NCBI GenBank assembly: GCA_947305775.1 | Contig: CAMZEN010000003.1 | Coordinates: forward strand, 24,410-88,409 | Reading direction: 5' to 3' | Source of the DNA: an uncultured Verrucomicrobiota bacterium | GTDB taxonomy: Bacteria; Verrucomicrobiota; Kiritimatiellia; RFP12; UBA1067 | DNA length: 64,000 nt | Shown: piece by piece, positions 62,047 through 64,000 of the stretch | Numbering within the stretch: the first letter of the stretch is position 1 | Layout of the letters: each line of letters starts with the position of its first letter | Notes under the pieces: generated by a model | The model's input: only the letters and a program-made list of their open reading frames with translations | Databases searched by the model: none | Told to the model about the DNA's origin: nothing | Position numbers and translations under genes: made by a program

Positions 62047-62199
62047 ATGAGCCAGCATCCATCTCTTAAAGGTTCCGGAAAAATCACCTCCAGGCGCAAC
62101 GTTCTCAAGCGTTTCGAGCGGGTAAACCTGCTTCAGAAGCGTGGCGAGTGGAAGGAAGGTTGCCGTGGCCTTGGGCTTAAGAAAACCAAGCCCGAATAA
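62047..62199 (+). CDS. Small basic protein (50 aa; not in ORF track)
   Basis: MSQHPSLKGSGKITSRRNVLKRFERVNLLQKRGEWKEG.. SD aaaggacaaaaaag. Followed by a strong terminator. Confidence 0.45.
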   Translation: MSQHPSLKGSGKITSRRNVLKRFERVNLLQKRGEWKEGCRGLGLKKTKPE

Positions 62200-62230
62200 A
62201 ACCTATTACGTTTCTCGTACATGAAAAGCC

Positions 62231-62257
62231 AAGGGCGCGACCAATGGTCGCGCCCTT
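62231..62257. terminator. Bidirectional terminator between the small basic gene and rpsG
   Basis: 12-bp stem AAGGGCGCGACC/GGTCGCGCCCTT with a 3-nt loop and A/T runs on both sides. Confidence 0.7.
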
Positions 62258-62286
62258 CTATTTAGCTCTGGAAAAGCTGAGGACTC

Positions 62287-62802
62287 TTAGTTGCCCCAGG
62301 CGTAATGCGCAAACGCCTTGTTGGCCTGAGCCATTTTGTGGACGTCGTCGCGCTTCTTGATCACATTGCCCTGACCCTGGAATGCGTCGATGATCTCTGC
62401 AGCAACGGCCGCAGGCATGCCCATTCCATGACGAGCGCCGGCGTACTGGGTGGTCCAGCGAAGCGCAAGAGACAGCTGACGATTTGCCGCGATCGGCACA
62501 GGCACCGGATATGTGGTACCGCCGACACGACGGGTCTTGACCTCTACCTGAGGCTTCATGTTGTCGATCGAAGCCGACACGACCTCAAGAGGATCGGTGA
62601 AGGTCTTGTCTTCCTTGACGAACTTCGAAGGATCAGCCGCGAGGGCTTCCTTGATCTTGTCGATGGCTCCGTATACGATCTTCTCAGCGACGGACTTCTT
62701 GCCGTCCTTCATGATTACGCGAATCATGTGCGCGACGAGCTCCGAATTGTACTTCGGATCGAGACTGACGCGCTTTACGATCTTTCTTGCTCTGCGTGAC
62801 AT
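62287..62802 (-). CDS. rpsG: 30S ribosomal protein S7
   Basis: MSRRARKIVKRVSLDPKYNS..; size 171 aa. Confidence 0.95.
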   Translation of the reverse strand: MSRRARKIVKRVSLDPKYNSELVAHMIRVIMKDGKKSVAEKIVYGAIDKIKEALAADPSKFVKEDKTFTDPLEVVSASIDNMKPQVEVKTRRVGGTTYPVPVPIAANRQLSLALRWTTQYAGARHGMGMPAAVAAEIIDAFQGQGNVIKKRDDVHKMAQANKAFAHYAWGN

Positions 62803-62805
62803 GGC

Positions 62806-63189
62806 TTACTTCTCTTCCTTCTTCTGACGCTTCATACCGTACTTAGAACGGCTACGATTACGGCCATTGACGCCAAGCGAGTCGAGCTTGCCGCGGATAA
62901 TGTGGTAGCGGACGCCAGGAAGGTCCTTCACACGACCGCCACGCACGAGCACAACCGAGTGCTCCTGCAGGTTGTGACCCTCGCCGGGGATGTACGCGGT
63001 GACTTCGACACCAGTTGTAAGGCGCACACGTGCGACCTTACGAAGGGCCGAGTTAGGCTTCTTGGGCGTCATCGTCTTGACGATGAGGCACACGCCACGC
63101 CGCTGCGGACAAGCCTTCAGCGCGGGCGACTTCGAATGCGTGGCAAGGGGATGACGCCCCTTGCGGATCAGCTGATTGATAGTCGGCAT
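62806..63189 (-). CDS. rpsL: 30S ribosomal protein S12
   Basis: [12 protein letters not shown]...[16 protein letters not shown].. The start at 63189 trims 16 upstream codons from the track ORF. Confidence 0.95.
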   Translation of the reverse strand: MPTINQLIRKGRHPLATHSKSPALKACPQRRGVCLIVKTMTPKKPNSALRKVARVRLTTGVEVTAYIPGEGHNLQEHSVVLVRGGRVKDLPGVRYHIIRGKLDSLGVNGRNRSRSKYGMKRQKKEEK

Positions 63190-63227
63190 TTGTTGTTGAT
63201 TCCTTGCTTTTCCAGAATTGAGTATAT

Positions 63228-63236
63228 AGTATACCA
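63228..63236 (-). promoter_or_regulatory. Extended -10 TGGTATACT promoter for rpsL
   Basis: The plus strand reads agtatacca, about 39 nt upstream of ATG 63189. Confidence 0.4.
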
Positions 63237-63238
63237 AT

Positions 63239-64000
63239 TTACGCCGCTGTTTGGCAAGGGGGTAAATTGGCTTTCTCCCACGAGGCTCTAGTCCTTACGA
63301 ACAGCCAGCATGTTACGGGCACCGTCAGGATGTAGAGCAGCCCAAGCACTCCTATGGTCATCCAGAAGTTGGATACCAGGAGCGCCACCAACAAGAGAAG
63401 GCACGCCATGACCGGCAACAGGAACTTCCTTTTGATGTGGAGAGCTTTAAGGGAAATGGTCGGCAGACGAGACGCCATGAGGGTACCCACGAACAGCAGC
63501 ATGAATATGCCGGTCCAGGGATTCTGCAAAACCGTCGCCAAAACGGGCGCCGTGCCCTTTGCATCCAGCGCAAGCGACAATATCGCGGGCGAAAGCACCA
63601 TCCAGCAGCCTCCGGGCGCGGGCACTCCCGTAAAGAAGTGCTTCCAATACGGAAGGGCCGGCTGCTCTAGCATCGTATTGAACCTTGCGAGGCGGAAGCA
63701 GTCGCACATGGCATAGTAGAGCGAGCAGCCAAGAACGATTCTTATGTAGGGGCTCGCAACAACCGTTCCGTCGGCCAGCAAATGGTCGGGTCCACCAGTC
63801 ATCCAGAAATACATGAACATGGCCGGGGCGACGCCGAAATTGACGAAGTCAGCCAGCGAGTCCAGCTCTGCGCCAAGCTTGGAACTGGCGTTAAGGAGCC
63901 TCGCGACGCGTCCATCCATTCCATCGCATACACACGCAATGAGAATCGCGACCAACGCATGGGCGAAGCGTCCCTCCGACGAAAGCGATATGGACGTTAT
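63239..64000 (-). CDS. pssA: CDP-diacylglycerol--serine O-phosphatidyltransferase (5' end beyond window)
   Basis: CDP-alcohol phosphatidyltransferase motif [26 protein letters not shown]. The frame stays open to base 64000. Confidence 0.8.
   Translation of the reverse strand: MTSISLSSEGRFAHALVAILIACVCDGMDGRVARLLNASSKLGAELDSLADFVNFGVAPAMFMYFWMTGGPDHLLADGTVVASPYIRIVLGCSLYYAMCDCFRLARFNTMLEQPALPYWKHFFTGVPAPGGCWMVLSPAILSLALDAKGTAPVLATVLQNPWTGIFMLLFVGTLMASRLPTISLKALHIKRKFLLPVMACLLLLVALLVSNFWMTIGVLGLLYILTVPVTCWLFVRTRASWEKANLPPCQTAA

Noticed and set aside
61410-62108. 232-aa minus-strand ORF overlapping the PPIase and small basic genes
   Set aside because: It is antisense to a gene with a clear parvulin motif and crosses an intergenic region and a second gene. 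Judged spurious.
63190-63237. 16 extra N-terminal codons on rpsL
   Set aside because: S12 universally begins MPTINQL. The extension would cover its own promoter box.
1-64000. Search for CRISPR arrays, rRNA, IS elements/transposases, reverse transcriptase/retron or DGR features, and toxin-antitoxin pairs
   Set aside because: No short regularly spaced repeats, no rRNA-like segments, no DDE/HUH or RT motifs were seen. The only large repeat is the 32-kb phage period. The small RHH genes have no adjacent toxin-like partner.

Overview
The window is dominated by a temperate, lambda-like siphovirus-type prophage present as a head-to-tail tandem. Bases 1-20833 repeat at 32142-52974 with a constant offset of 32,141 bp, which is one phage unit. 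All six-frame ORF translations are identical between the two arms, and spot-checked lines match. About 1.65 copies are visible: copy A is cut by the left window edge and copy B (20834-52974) is complete. The junction between copies (20811-20833) is an attP-type site. The array ends at attR (52952-52974), where the shared 23-nt core forms the 3' end of a tRNA-Lys(UUU) gene (52952-53027, minus strand). Unit order: attP core; a leftward membrane protein; divergent promoters with palindromic operators; small ribbon-helix-helix (RHH)-like regulators and early genes; SF3-type helicase; an AT-rich moron; a ParB-like gene plus a ParB-methyltransferase; an SSB-like gene; large terminase; Zn-ribbon; gpW-like; portal; protease/scaffold; capsid; connectors; tail tube; G/GT chaperone with a -1 frameshift; tape measure; about 11 kb of unrecognisable, signal-peptide-rich late genes; integrase. 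Right of attR (53050-64000) is ordinary chromosome: glgB, HU, two EspA/SseB-like paralogues, rdgB, an mtaB-like gene, recO, a parvulin PPIase, a small basic protein, rpsG-rpsL and pssA. I found no rRNA, CRISPR array, IS element or recognisable classical defence system. All functional calls rest on motifs read by eye and on gene order; no database search was possible.
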